64,000 bases of DNA from Syntrophales bacterium (GTDB lineage Bacteria; Desulfobacterota; Syntrophia; Syntrophales; UBA2210): NCBI GenBank assembly GCA_963666365.2, contig CAXXNF010000001.1, forward strand, positions 96,001-160,000, read 5' to 3'. The stretch's first letter is position 1, and every line of letters starts with the position of its first letter. Shown here piece after piece: positions 32,243-43,461 of this stretch. Both the position numbers and the translations under genes were made by a program. Under the pieces are notes generated by a model, which had not been told where the DNA came from, did no database searches, and worked only from the letters and a program-made list of their open reading frames with translations.

Positions 32243-32279
32243 ACATCCAGTATGGTTGAGTTTTTAGGGCGGTCGGATA
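32243..32279. repeat. Inter-kinase conserved motif, copy 1
   Basis: ACATCCAGTATGGTTGAGTTTTTAGGGCGGTCGGATA. Confidence 0.7.
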
Positions 32280-32307
32280 CTTTCGAATACTGACAATAAG
32301 CACAACT

Positions 32308-35043
32308 TTATCCATTAGCCTCATCCAGCACCTTTCGGACCGTTTTTGCTAAATCCGCCTTGACAACCGGCTTGTAGGCAAATGCTTTGATCCCAATTTG
32401 TGCAGCTAAATCATCAGATATTTTTATACTGTAGCCCGTGCAAAGAATGACCGGGATATCTGGTCGAATTTTCATCAGTTCGATGGCCAGATCATCCCCT
32501 GTCATGTTCGGCATCGTCATGTCAGTGATAACCAAGTCGAAATCATTGGGTTTGGTGCGAAACAGTTCCAAGGCTTCAACACTACTGGTGCGAACGGCAA
32601 CCTGATATCCTAACCGTTCTAAAATCTGGCTGCCCATTTTTGATAGCGGTGCTTCATCGTCAACAAATAAAATACTTTCCGTGCCAGAAGGTAATTTTTC
32701 TGATTCATATGGACGATCTGCTCTACGCTCTCCGGTTATGGGCAAATAAATTGTAAAGGTGGTTCCATTTTCCAGTTTGCTGTCCACTGTAATCTTGCCG
32801 CCGCAACTCTCGACGATACCATGGACCACGGCGAGCCCCAGACCTGTTCCTTCCCCTGGGCCTTTAGTGGTGAAATAGGGTTCAAAAATTGAGTCAATAA
32901 TCTCAGGGGCAATCCCCATACCGGTATCTGAAACCTTTATTTCAATGTAGTTTCCCTGTTTTAGATTCAATATTTTCCTGTGTGTGCTATTATCAATGGC
33001 GCTATCCTTCAGTGTCACCTCAAGGATGCCTCCCCCTTTTTCCATAGCGTGAGCAGCATTGGTGCAAAGATTCATCAATATCTGATGAATTTGAGTCGCA
33101 TTTCCCATAACCAGGGAATCGGTTTCAATGCGCTGTTTGATTTCAATCGTCGTGGGAATGGAGGCTCTGATAAATTTGAGCACCTCTTGGACAATAATAT
33201 CAACCTGAATAGGCTTAAGCTTCTCATCGGATTGCCGTGCAAATGTCAGTATCTGTTTTACAAGATCCTTCGCCCGGTTTCCGGCATGATAGACTTCCTG
33301 CAGATTGTCTTCGATGCTTGTGTCTTTTTCAACCTCATCAAGCGCCAGCTCGGTATAACCAATAACAGATGACAATATATTGTTAAAATCATGGGCGATA
33401 CCTCCGGCAAGGTTGCCGATGGACTCCATTTTCTGGGCCTGGTTAAGCTGTTCCTGCAGCTTCTCCCGTTCCTTCTCGGATTGTTTACGATCGGTGATGT
33501 CGGTGATAATGTGGACAGCGCTGGAAAACTGCCCGGCTGTATCCAAAATTGGGTCCACCGTAACATCAAACCAACCGGCACCGATTTGAAGCTCAATGGT
33601 TTCGCGATGCAGGCTCTCTTTTGCTCGCAGGAATGGACATCCGTCCATAGGCCGGTCCGTGCCATGCACGATTTCCCAACATTGTTTACCAACACTCTGG
33701 CCACTCGATTGCGGGAAAAACCGCCCGGCCACCTTGTTGGACCGCACCACCCGTTGATCACGATCCAGAATCCAGATGACACTGTTTGTGGCATCAAAGG
33801 TAGTCTGCCACTCGTGCGCCGCGCGGATTATGTCCTTCTCGGCCTGCTTGCGTTCGGTGATATCCGTAATGAATGCAAAAGAACCCTGTGCCACCCCCGA
33901 TTCATCCCTTATTGTTGTCGCATTAAAGAATGTGTGGATATCTTCGCCGTTCTTTTTCTTCAGGGTAATCTCATAACTGCGATGCTCTGTAGTAGATATT
34001 TTTGAAGTTTGCTCAATAAAAATCTTTCGATTCTCATCATCGACGAAGTCAAAAGGTTGCTTGCCAAACATTTCATCATGACTGTATCCAAGCATATTGC
34101 AAAGGGACTTGTTAATTTCGACGGTTTAGACTTCAGGATTTAACAGCCAGCAGCCTTCTGATGTGGTTTCAAGCAGGGTTCGGTATTTCTTCTCGCTTTC
34201 TCGCAATGCCATTTCCCCTTTAAATCTCTGTAACAATAACTTTGAAATCAGCAGGCCGGAAATAAGACAGATAAGGAGAGAGATGTTTCTTCCAAACAAA
34301 TCGCGTGGCGAAATATCTGATATCATGGCTTCAAGGAAATTCGCGCTACCTTCATAAAAAGCCAGATAACCAACCAGATAATCAATAAACCAGATAAAAA
34401 GCCCCACCAGAATAGAAGCGCTGACAATATATGTTGTGTTTTTCTGTTCCGGATTTGAATCCAATCCGAAGAATCGCCTTACCGGCACCATGCTGAGCAA
34501 GACATGACACAAGAGTAGCAGGATGTAGGCGGTTACTATGTGCTTGATGGCTACAAAGTGGACCCATGAGTAAGATACATGTGTCCATGTTATTTCAGGC
34601 GCCCAGGCTGGGGGGTTTAACGATACCAGCCATCTGAATACCGTGTAGAATCCCAGTTCACTGAATATCCTGAATAGCAGTTCCACCGCATACGTGTTGT
34701 GATACCATTTGGTTGATTTATGTCTTCTCCGGTAATCCGACCAGATCCCATGCCATACAATCCATAATGTGAATATAGGCACGGCATAAAGAAACCCATA
34801 ACCATCCGACTGCCACAACCACCACATGGATTGACATCCGCCGGCCAAAGCCGTCAAAAGTCCATATCTCCATCCCCAAGCGAGACTAACCAGTAGCGGG
34901 AAAAGCAACCCAATAAGGATGTTGGCTTTGAATTCAACAAATTGTGCAAAGTTTATGGCATAAAAATTGAGAATAAATCCGATGAGTCCAAATAGAATTG
35001 AAATCAGAACTTTAATTTTAAGCCTGGAATTTTCAGATTCCAT
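32308..35043 (-). pseudogene. Membrane-anchored PAS-PAS hybrid histidine kinase, interrupted by one in-frame TAA at 34126-34128
   Basis: ORFs 34126..35043 (multi-TM) and 32308..34095 are in the same frame (LLNPEV*TVEINKSLCNMLGY); AHDFNN H-box, GTGLGL, REC domain. Confidence 0.85.
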
Positions 35044-35235
35044 TTAGGACTCCTTATTATTCATGAAATAATTGAAGTGGTATTCGATGTAATTTTGAGA
35101 AGTTACACATTATTGCATTTAGAAAGTATTCTCTGCCAGATTCATTTTTGCCTATATTCCTGGTATCCTTAACAATAGCCGATCCGACCGGCGGACGTCA
35201 AAACATGTGCTAAACATCAAAATCAAGTGATCATA

Positions 35236-35272
35236 ACATCCAGTATCTTTGAGTTCTTCAGAGACTCCAGAT
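35236..35272. repeat. Inter-kinase conserved motif, copy 2
   Basis: ACATCCAGTATCTTTGAGTTCTTCAG. Confidence 0.7.
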
Positions 35273-35367
35273 GTTATGCTTGGGATAATTCATACTTGAA
35301 TTCCGCAAAACAAGTTCCTCGTTTTTCGTTTCAACCAGTATCCAGTCACCGGCAACGAGTAACCTCT

Positions 35368-38271
35368 TCATTTGTTCAGCACCTCCCGCACTTTGCGAGC
35401 CAAACCTTCCGGTGAAAACGGCTTTTCGATAAAATTAAGTCCCGGGGCCAGAACACCGTGATGAACAATAGAGTCGTCCGTATATCCGGACATGTAAATT
35501 ATCTTCATTCGTGGATAGAGCGGTTGCAACCGTTCTGCTATTTCCTTACCGTTCATCTTGGGCATCACCACATCAGTGATCAGCAGATCAATCGGCCCAT
35601 CGTGTTCCTTGCTTATTCTCAAGGCATCTTCCCCATTTTCAGCCACAAGTATTCTGTATCCATGGGGCTGGAGAGACTTTTGCGAAAGTTTTCGAAGGCT
35701 ATCATCATCTTCTACAATCAAAACGGTCTCAGAACCGTCAAATTTGATTACAGGGGTTTGTTCTTTCTCCTCCCCCTTAACATCTCCCTTCACCTTGGGC
35801 AGATAAACCTTGAAGGTGGAACCCTGTCCAGGTTCACTGTAGACCCAAATAAAACCATTATTTTGTTTGACAATGCCGTAGATCGTGGACAAGCCCAATC
35901 CCGTGCCCTTGCCTTTCTCTTTGGTGGTATAGAAAGGATCAAAGGCATGTTTCTGGGTTTCTTTGTCCATCCCAATGCCGGTATCGCTTACACTCAGCAC
36001 CACATAAGAGCCAAGATGTTTTTCAACAATGCCGTGATCGGTAAAATAGTTCTCGTCCAGATCCATGTTGACCGTTTCAATGGTGAGCTTGCCTCCATTG
36101 GGCATGGCGTCCTTGGCATTGACCACCAGGTTCATGATCACCTGCTCCATCTGTCCGGGATCTATCTCTACCTTCCATAAGGCAGATTCCGGGATCATCA
36201 GAATCTCAATATCCTCTTCAATCAGGCGGACAAACATCTTTTCTATACCTGTCAATAATTTATTCAGATCGAGAATCTTAGGCTGGACAATCTGTTTGCG
36301 GCTGAAGGCCAGAAGCTGGCGGGTCAAAGCGGCTGCCCTTTCCCCGGCTAACTTGATCTCCTCTATCTCCTCAGTTAAGGGTTTATCAGTGTCGACAGTC
36401 ATTAACATAAGGTCAGCATACCCGATGATGGTGGTCAGTATATTGTTGAAATCATGGGCCACACCGCCTGCCAGGGTGCCGATGGCCTCCATTTTCTGAG
36501 ATTGAATAAGCTGTTTCTCAAGGCGCTTGGATTCCGTTATATCAATAAATGCCGCCCGGGTCCCTGTTACCTTGCCGGATTCATCTTTTTCAGGCACCGC
36601 ATGGAGCGTTGTATTGATGACCTGCCCGTTTTTTGCCACTATATCTCTTCGATCTTCAATGAAATTGCCATTTAGTGCCAGTTCATAGCCGCCTTCACTT
36701 GATTTTTGTCTCGATTCAGGAGCATAAAATTTATCAAGCGGCTGCCCGACAACTTCATCGCGGGAATAACCGGTTTTATACAGGAACAGCTTGTTAACGT
36801 CAGTAATTATCGATAACGAATTAAGATTTTCAGTTATCACGTACATAATCGGCGCATCATTAAAATGGTTAAAATATTTTATTCTATTCCTTCGCTTTAC
36901 CTCCTTGACCTGGTATCTTTCAGTGATGTGTCCTATTCTCTCGGCAATGGCGTTGATTAAACTTATTTCTTCTCCGAGAGAAGGTTCCTCATCTATTTCC
37001 GATTTTCCTTCTAAGCAATAGATTTCCAAAACCCCCATTCGTTTGTCATTTATAAAAATATCACTTGAAAGTTTCGGGTTAGTTTCTTTAAAATTTTTTG
37101 TTTTGTATTCTTTTCCATCAAGGAGGATGCGGGAACAAGTATTTTCCGGATACATCAGGGAGGAAGGAATTAAATCAACCGTACCCTGAATTAACTCATC
37201 CAAGGAAATATTAGGAGTTTCATCAAGTTTAGAGATACCATATAAGCAATTCAGTTCCTTAACACGTTCCCTAAGATCATGCGTTTTCTTTTTTAGTTCG
37301 TCCTCCATCCGCTTTCGTTCGGTGATATCTTGCAGGAATGCACAAATAAATCCTTGTTCCCCAGCTTGGTATTGTTGGTTTATTTCGATGTCAAAAATAC
37401 TTCCGTCCTTCCGACGATGCTTGCTCTCAAAGCGACTTTTGCCTTGAGCAATGACCATTTGAATTCGAGCGGCAATTGCCTCAGAGGTCTCAGACGATTC
37501 CAAATCGGAAATACTCATGGTCAGAAGTTCCTGTTCGCTATAGCCGCTCATCCGGCAATACTCTTCACTTACTTCCATTAAACGGCCATCCAAATCCACC
37601 AACCAGAATCCGTGCATGACCGTTTTGAGAATCATCGCGTGCAGTTTCTCGCTCTCCCGCATCTTCTCCCCTGATTGTTTTTGCTTAGAGCTTTCAATGA
37701 TTTCCCACCTATTTTCCCGTTTGACAAGAGCGAATTGATGATTGGCGATTACATCCATGATTTCGGTTGCCCCACATTTGTCAAGAGAGTAGGAACAAAC
37801 CGCAAGCATTTTATAGTTCCCAATGATATCATTTATCATTTCTTCATACTCAGTAAAGCCTCTCCAATCCTTATCTTCAAGCCAAAAAGTATTTTCTGAA
37901 AGGCGAAGACCATCAAATCCTCTTTCCAGAGCTTGTTTCTCTTTCTCAACCCAGCCGTCCAGAACGTCATTAGCATCGAACCTCCCCGATTTAGTATACC
38001 ACTGGCTATAACCCAGGATCTCTATCTGGCCTTTTTCAATATAGTCATCCAGATTCCTCACGACTTTTTTTAGGCTTGCCTTTGCTTTTTTTTCATTTAG
38101 AGGGTCAGCGGTAATCCACATACAGAATTCATTGCTTTCCAATCCTGCTTTGAAATAGGGAACCAGGATATCAATCAAATCCTCTGAGGTCTGGTAAAAT
38201 TGACAGAAATGTGTGCTCCAGGAAGCATTACCAATAAGATCGATTCCTGTTTTTCTAAGCTCTTTTTCCAT
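35368..38271 (-). CDS. MEDS-PAS-PAS hybrid histidine kinase
   Basis: LRKTGID..WSTHFCQFY..CSYSL..H (MEDS); PAS domains; AHDFNN; REC LLITDVVMP. Confidence 0.9.
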   Translation of the reverse strand: MEKELRKTGIDLIGNASWSTHFCQFYQTSEDLIDILVPYFKAGLESNEFCMWITADPLNEKKAKASLKKVVRNLDDYIEKGQIEILGYSQWYTKSGRFDANDVLDGWVEKEKQALERGFDGLRLSENTFWLEDKDWRGFTEYEEMINDIIGNYKMLAVCSYSLDKCGATEIMDVIANHQFALVKRENRWEIIESSKQKQSGEKMRESEKLHAMILKTVMHGFWLVDLDGRLMEVSEEYCRMSGYSEQELLTMSISDLESSETSEAIAARIQMVIAQGKSRFESKHRRKDGSIFDIEINQQYQAGEQGFICAFLQDITERKRMEDELKKKTHDLRERVKELNCLYGISKLDETPNISLDELIQGTVDLIPSSLMYPENTCSRILLDGKEYKTKNFKETNPKLSSDIFINDKRMGVLEIYCLEGKSEIDEEPSLGEEISLINAIAERIGHITERYQVKEVKRRNRIKYFNHFNDAPIMYVITENLNSLSIITDVNKLFLYKTGYSRDEVVGQPLDKFYAPESRQKSSEGGYELALNGNFIEDRRDIVAKNGQVINTTLHAVPEKDESGKVTGTRAAFIDITESKRLEKQLIQSQKMEAIGTLAGGVAHDFNNILTTIIGYADLMLMTVDTDKPLTEEIEEIKLAGERAAALTRQLLAFSRKQIVQPKILDLNKLLTGIEKMFVRLIEEDIEILMIPESALWKVEIDPGQMEQVIMNLVVNAKDAMPNGGKLTIETVNMDLDENYFTDHGIVEKHLGSYVVLSVSDTGIGMDKETQKHAFDPFYTTKEKGKGTGLGLSTIYGIVKQNNGFIWVYSEPGQGSTFKVYLPKVKGDVKGEEKEQTPVIKFDGSETVLIVEDDDSLRKLSQKSLQPHGYRILVAENGEDALRISKEHDGPIDLLITDVVMPKMNGKEIAERLQPLYPRMKIIYMSGYTDDSIVHHGVLAPGLNFIEKPFSPEGLARKVREVLNK

Positions 38272-38381
38272 TTTTGGTTCCTCCTACAGTGGGTCGATGA
38301 GATCACAGATTTTATACTCGTTTCCTTGCTAATACTTGCATTTATCTGATCGTGCCCATTACCGCAATTGCATTGATGCCT

Positions 38382-38417
38382 ACATCCAGTATCCTTGAGA
38401 TTTTAGAACGGTCAGAT
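38382..38417. repeat. Inter-kinase conserved motif, copy 3
   Basis: ACATCCAGTATCCTTGAGATTTTAGAACGGTCAGAT. Confidence 0.7.
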
Positions 38418-38694
38418 TCTCAACCATGGCATAATTAATCATGAACGGAGCCTTTCGCTTCATCCAGCACTTTTCGAACTGTTTTGGCTAAATCAGATTT
38501 AACCATTGGCTTGTAGGCAAAGGCTTTGATCCCGAGTTCTGAGGCTTTTTCATCAGCAATCCTTTTGCTGTACCCTGTGCAGAGTATCACAGGGATATTG
38601 CGCCGTAACCGTACGACCAACTCATCTTTCGCTTGAACGCACATTGGATTATAGCTTCCCGTCATGAACACATTTCATGATTGGAGGATGCCCT

Positions 38695-39006
38695 ATGACA
38701 CAACAAGAACGCACCGCCCACTGGTCGGCCATCGTAGAGCGGCAGATCGCAAGCGGGATGAGCGGTCTGGCCTGGTGCCAGATGCATCAGATCAATACGG
38801 CAAGTTTCTACTCCTGGCGCCGGAAACTCACTGAACCGCAAGGACAACAGGGATTTATCGAACTTGCATCCTCGACGGCCGACTATGCCGGCATTCGCAT
38901 TTGCATGGGGCCGCTTCTTTCCATCGAAGTGGAACGCGGCTTCGATCCCGTTACCCTGCGCACCGTTATTGAAACGCTTCATAATGGTTCCCCATGTTCG
39001 GCCTGA
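38695..39006 (+). CDS. tnpA: IS66 accessory protein TnpA
   Basis: W..SGMS..WC..FYSWRRKL. Confidence 0.8.
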   Translation: MTQQERTAHWSAIVERQIASGMSGLAWCQMHQINTASFYSWRRKLTEPQGQQGFIELASSTADYAGIRICMGPLLSIEVERGFDPVTLRTVIETLHNGSPCSA

Positions 39007-39335
39007 CAGCATCGGCACGCATCTATCTTTATCGCAGCCCCTGCGACATGCGCAAGTCCTTCGACGGCCTGTGCGGCATTGTCCGCGCCGAACTTAGCGC
39101 CGATCCCCTTTCGGGATCACTCTTCGTCTTCGTCAACCGGCGGCGGAACATGGTGAAGCTCCTGTACTGGGACAGCGACGGCATGGCCATCTGGCTGAAA
39201 CGTCTGGAGCAGGGGTCCTTCGTGCTGCCTTCCCGGCAGTCCCGCGACGGTCATATCGAGCGCCGGGATCTGGCCATGCTCCTTGAGGGAATCGTGCCGA
39301 AAAAAGTGGGAAAACGGTACAAAATATGTGCATAA
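38994..39335 (+). CDS. tnpB: IS66 accessory protein TnpB
   Basis: DMRKSFDGL, KLLYWDSDG..KRLEQGSF. Confidence 0.93.
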   Translation: MFGLTASARIYLYRSPCDMRKSFDGLCGIVRAELSADPLSGSLFVFVNRRRNMVKLLYWDSDGMAIWLKRLEQGSFVLPSRQSRDGHIERRDLAMLLEGIVPKKVGKRYKICA

Positions 39336-39387
39336 AAAATAATATAAACACTTGACATTATTATAGTTATGTGCTATACGCCCGCTC

Positions 39388-40998
39388 ATGATATTGACGG
39401 AAGCACAAGAGATTATCGACCGAAAAGATGCTGCCTGGATTCTGGAATTTGCCGCCCAAAAGGATGCCCAGATCGAAGCGCTTACCCAGAAGCTCGAATC
39501 CGCCCAGCGCCAGTTGACCACCCTGCAGCATCAGATGGAACAGCTGCTGAAACGGCTCTACGGCCGCAAGTCCGAAAAGATCAACCCCGGTCAGCTGATG
39601 TTCGACGACATGGTGCTTCAATCATTAGAGCAGAATGCGGCGGTGAAAGCACAGTTCGAAGACGCTTCTGCCACAGAGACTGTCAAGAAGCCCCGCAAGG
39701 CCTCCCGGCATCACGGCCGGGTTCCCATTCCGGAGCATCTCGAACGGGTGGAGATTCTGCTGGACGTGCCCGAGGATGAAAAGATCGATGCGGACACGGG
39801 CGCACCCCTGAAGGTCATTTCCGTGGAAGTCTCGGAGAAGCTGGAATACCGGCCGGGGAGACTGATCGTCAACGTCTACAAGCGGCCCCAGTATGCGCTG
39901 CCGGAGGCATCGGAATCTACCGCCGGCGTCATCGCCGCCTCGCTGCCCGATCACCCCATCGCCAAGTGCAAAGCCGACGTGGGGCTGCTTTCTCATCTGA
40001 TCGTCAGCAAGTACGCCGATCATCTGCCTCTCTACCGACAGAACAGCATTCTGGAGCGGGAAGGAGTGGACATTCCCCGGGCCACCCAAACCAGCTGGCT
40101 CATGCAGGTCTATGAGAGCATTCGTCCCTTGGAAACAGTGCTTCAAAAGGCCGTCCTTGAGAGGGACGTGCTCTTTACCGACGATACGCCCGTTCCTCTG
40201 CAGGTCAAGGGAAACGGCAAGGTAAAGAAGGCCCGTCTCTGGGTCTATCTGCGGGGCGGTCCGGGACCGCCGCTGACGGCCTATGACTTCTCCATTGATC
40301 GGAGCAAGACGCGCCCACTGGAGTATCTCAATGATTACCAGGGGTACGTCCATGCCGACGCCTACGGCGGCTACGACGAACTTTTCAAAAAAGAAGAGAT
40401 TATCGAAGTGGGTTGCTGGGCCCATACCAGACGGAAGTTCGACGAGGCGGTTTCATCGCGTCCTCAAGAGGCCACGGACATCCTTGCCCGCATCGCCCGG
40501 CTCTATCACGAGGTGGAGACCCCCTGTGCCGAGATGACGCCCGAGGAGCGGCGCCGTTTCCGGCAGGCGCATGCAACGCCGCTGCTTGAGGGAATCTTTG
40601 CAAAGATTGAGGAACTGAGGCCCCGGACGACGCCCTCGGAGCCGTTGCGGACGGCCATCAACTACGCCCTGAATCAGCGGGAGGCGCTCTGCCGCTATCT
40701 GAAAGACGGACGGTTAAGACCCGACAACAACCTGGCGGAAAACGCCATTCGGCCCATAGCGGTAGGTCGAAAAAACTGGCTCTTCGTGGGCAGCGAACGG
40801 GGCGGCCGGGCGGCGGCCCTTTATATGGGTCTCGTTCAATCTTGCAAAAACTGCGACGTCAACCCCTGGGAGTACTTTGACGACATGCTTCGGCGGATCA
40901 TGAGCCATCCCGTAAACCGCCTGCGGGAACTGCTTCCCGATCAGTGGAAGCCTGTGCCCAGGGATGAACGGGGCCTGATCATCCAGGGAAAACAATAA
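39388..40998 (+). CDS. tnpC: IS66 transposase TnpC
   Basis: KYADHLPLYRQ, DDTP, CWAHTRRKF, DNNLAENAIR..GRKNWLF. Confidence 0.95.
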   Translation: MILTEAQEIIDRKDAAWILEFAAQKDAQIEALTQKLESAQRQLTTLQHQMEQLLKRLYGRKSEKINPGQLMFDDMVLQSLEQNAAVKAQFEDASATETVKKPRKASRHHGRVPIPEHLERVEILLDVPEDEKIDADTGAPLKVISVEVSEKLEYRPGRLIVNVYKRPQYALPEASESTAGVIAASLPDHPIAKCKADVGLLSHLIVSKYADHLPLYRQNSILEREGVDIPRATQTSWLMQVYESIRPLETVLQKAVLERDVLFTDDTPVPLQVKGNGKVKKARLWVYLRGGPGPPLTAYDFSIDRSKTRPLEYLNDYQGYVHADAYGGYDELFKKEEIIEVGCWAHTRRKFDEAVSSRPQEATDILARIARLYHEVETPCAEMTPEERRRFRQAHATPLLEGIFAKIEELRPRTTPSEPLRTAINYALNQREALCRYLKDGRLRPDNNLAENAIRPIAVGRKNWLFVGSERGGRAAALYMGLVQSCKNCDVNPWEYFDDMLRRIMSHPVNRLRELLPDQWKPVPRDERGLIIQGKQ

Positions 40999-43461
40999 TC
41001 AGTGCACCGTATTCCGGCGGTTGAATCCCGTAATCATATTATCAAAGAGCACCGGCTGTACCGGTTTTAGGTACAGCGTACTTCATGTAAAATTCTTTTG
41101 CTATATGAGTTGGTCGTACGCTTACATTGCGCCGGACTTTCAATAATTCAATCGCCAATTGCTCACCGGTCAAGTTCGGCATGGTCATGTCAGTAATAAC
41201 AAGATCAAACTCATTGGGCTTTGCCTGGAAAAGTTCCAGCGCCTCAATACTGCTTGTCCTTGTCGTCACCTTATACCCCAAACGCTCGAGCGCCAGTTGG
41301 CCCATTTTGGCAATGGGCAGTTCGTCATCGACAAACAGGATTTTCTCGTTACCATGTGGTAACGCTCCAGGTTGATAGGGATGCATGACCTCCTGCCTTC
41401 GGGTGACCGGCAGCAGTATCGTAAAGGTCGATCCTTGCCCCGGCTGGCTTTCTGCTATTATGGTACCACCGTATTTCTTCACCGTGCCGTGCACTGAGGC
41501 GAGTCCCAAACCGGTGCCTCTTCCGGTTTGCTTGGTGGTGTAGTACGGTTCAAAGATGAATTTAATTTTCTCTGGATCAATACCGTCACCCGTATCGGAT
41601 ACAGTAATTTTCACATGATCACCCGGCCCGAGAAGCTTGTGATCCTCCGCAAAAGATTGATCGACGACAACACTGGATACGGCAATCTCCAATATCCCAC
41701 CATTCGTTTCCATCGCATCCATAGAATTGGTTGCAAGATTCATTAGCACTTGCTGCAACAGCGTCGCATTGCCGATAACGAGAGAATCACTGTTTATCAT
41801 TTTTCTGATTTCAATATCAGTAGGAGCGGACGATCGAATCAGCTTGAGCGTTTCTCTTACTATTTCCCCGATATTGACGGGTTTGACCTCCTCGTTGGTT
41901 TGCCTTGCAAATGCCAGTATCTGGCTTACCAACTCTTTGGCCCTTTTTCCGGCCGTGTAGACCTCTTGCAGATTGTCTTCCAAATTTGATCCCTTTGTCA
42001 CCTCGTCGAGCGATAGTTCCGTAAATCCGATGATGGACGATAAAATATTGTTGAAATCATGAGCAATACCCCCTGCAAGATTGCCGATGGATTCAAGTTT
42101 CTGTGCCTGGCGCAGTTGGTCTTCAAGCCTTAAACGCTCAGTAATGTCTTCTAACATCTCGATAGCGGCTGTCACTTCACCATCATCGCTGGTTATTGGT
42201 GAAGATATTATCCGGTAGCTCCGGGTTTCCCCCGCATGCGTTTTATCGATTATGGCCTCATGCGTTTTGCCGTCTCGCAGCGTCTGTGCCGTCGGGCAGG
42301 AATCGCAAATGCTGTCGCGCGGCGGATCGTTAAAAACGCTGTGACAGATCAGAAGATTGCCTGGATCAACGCCGTGAAACCATTGACGCATCTGGCGATT
42401 GAGTTCCAGTACCTCCATCTTGGGACTGATCAGCGCCACTCCGATCCCGATATTATCCACCATTGACTTAAATTTCTCCTGGCTATCCTTCAGCAGTTTT
42501 TCGGCTACGCTGCGGTCTGTTATGTCCACAATTGCACCAATCAGACCCGTGACAGATCCGATCTTGTCCGAAAATGCAGACTTATAGAAAATAACATCTC
42601 GCATTTCTTCTTGGGCAGTTTTAACTTGAGACTCGTATTGCTGTGAGCCGCCGTATTTAAGCAATTGCTCATCTTGAGCGTGATATCTTGCTGCAAGGTC
42701 TGGTGGATCGATATCGAAAACACTTTTTCCTATTAGTTCTTCCCTTGTTCTACCGAAAAATGTCTCGAAAGCTTTATTGAATCCGAGGTATCGCCCATCC
42801 CTGTCCTTGTAAAAAACGGGGATGGGTATCGCATCGATCAGTGTGCGGGAAAAAGCCTCTTGTTCCCGCAGTTTATTCTCCGTTTGCTTGAGCGCGGTGA
42901 TATCGCTGACAGCTACCCGGATCTCACCGATATCCTTGTCCTTGGTTTTTATGACCAAGCATTCCAAGCGGACGTAAAACTTATGCCCATCCTTTTTCAC
43001 AAACCGCAGTGCGCATACCTGGGGCGTTTCTGTTTTCAAGAGGCGCTGCTTATGTTTATAGTAAATGTCTTGATCATCCTTCAGGATAAATTGAGTAAGA
43101 GGCTTTCCGATCAAGACACTCCGATCCACTTTTAACATGGATGCGATAGTCAAGTTGGCCTCTTCGATAATCCCCTTTTCACTGATCGCAAAATACCCCA
43201 CCGGCGAAAAGTCATACAAATGCGAATAGCGGTTTCGCGTCTTTTCAAGCTCACCTTGAGTGCGACGGAGCTCCTCGTTTTGCATCTCAAGTTCGATCTG
43301 GTGTACGCGAAGCTCATGGATCAAGGACGCAATGTCTTCCGGGGATTTTTCTGAAAGATCGTCGTTGTCGTCGTCGTCGGTTTCTTTCAGGGTCTTTTCG
43401 GCAAGCCGCCTCAGTTTGGCTTTGTCGGCGGAAATTGTTTCTTTGTCCATCTTTAACCCCT

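Larger units (their letters stand above)
38605..41125 (+). mobile_element. IS66-family element, complete
   Basis: IRs GTAACCGTACGACCAACTCAT / ATGAGTTGGTCGTACGCTTAC; 8-bp DR ATTGCGCC at 38597-38604 and 41126-41133. Confidence 0.95.
38435..43450 (-). pseudogene. Triple-PAS hybrid histidine kinase (CheBR partner), REC domain split by IS66
   Basis: HELRVHQIELEMQNEEL coiled coil, 3 PAS, AHDFNN; LLKVRRN|IPVILCTGYS rejoins across 41126/38596. Confidence 0.9.

Noticed and set aside
35231..35279. TCATAAC...GTTATGC resembling an integron attC site
   Set aside because: Shorter than typical attC sites, the other two motif copies lack these boxes, and no integron integrase is in the window
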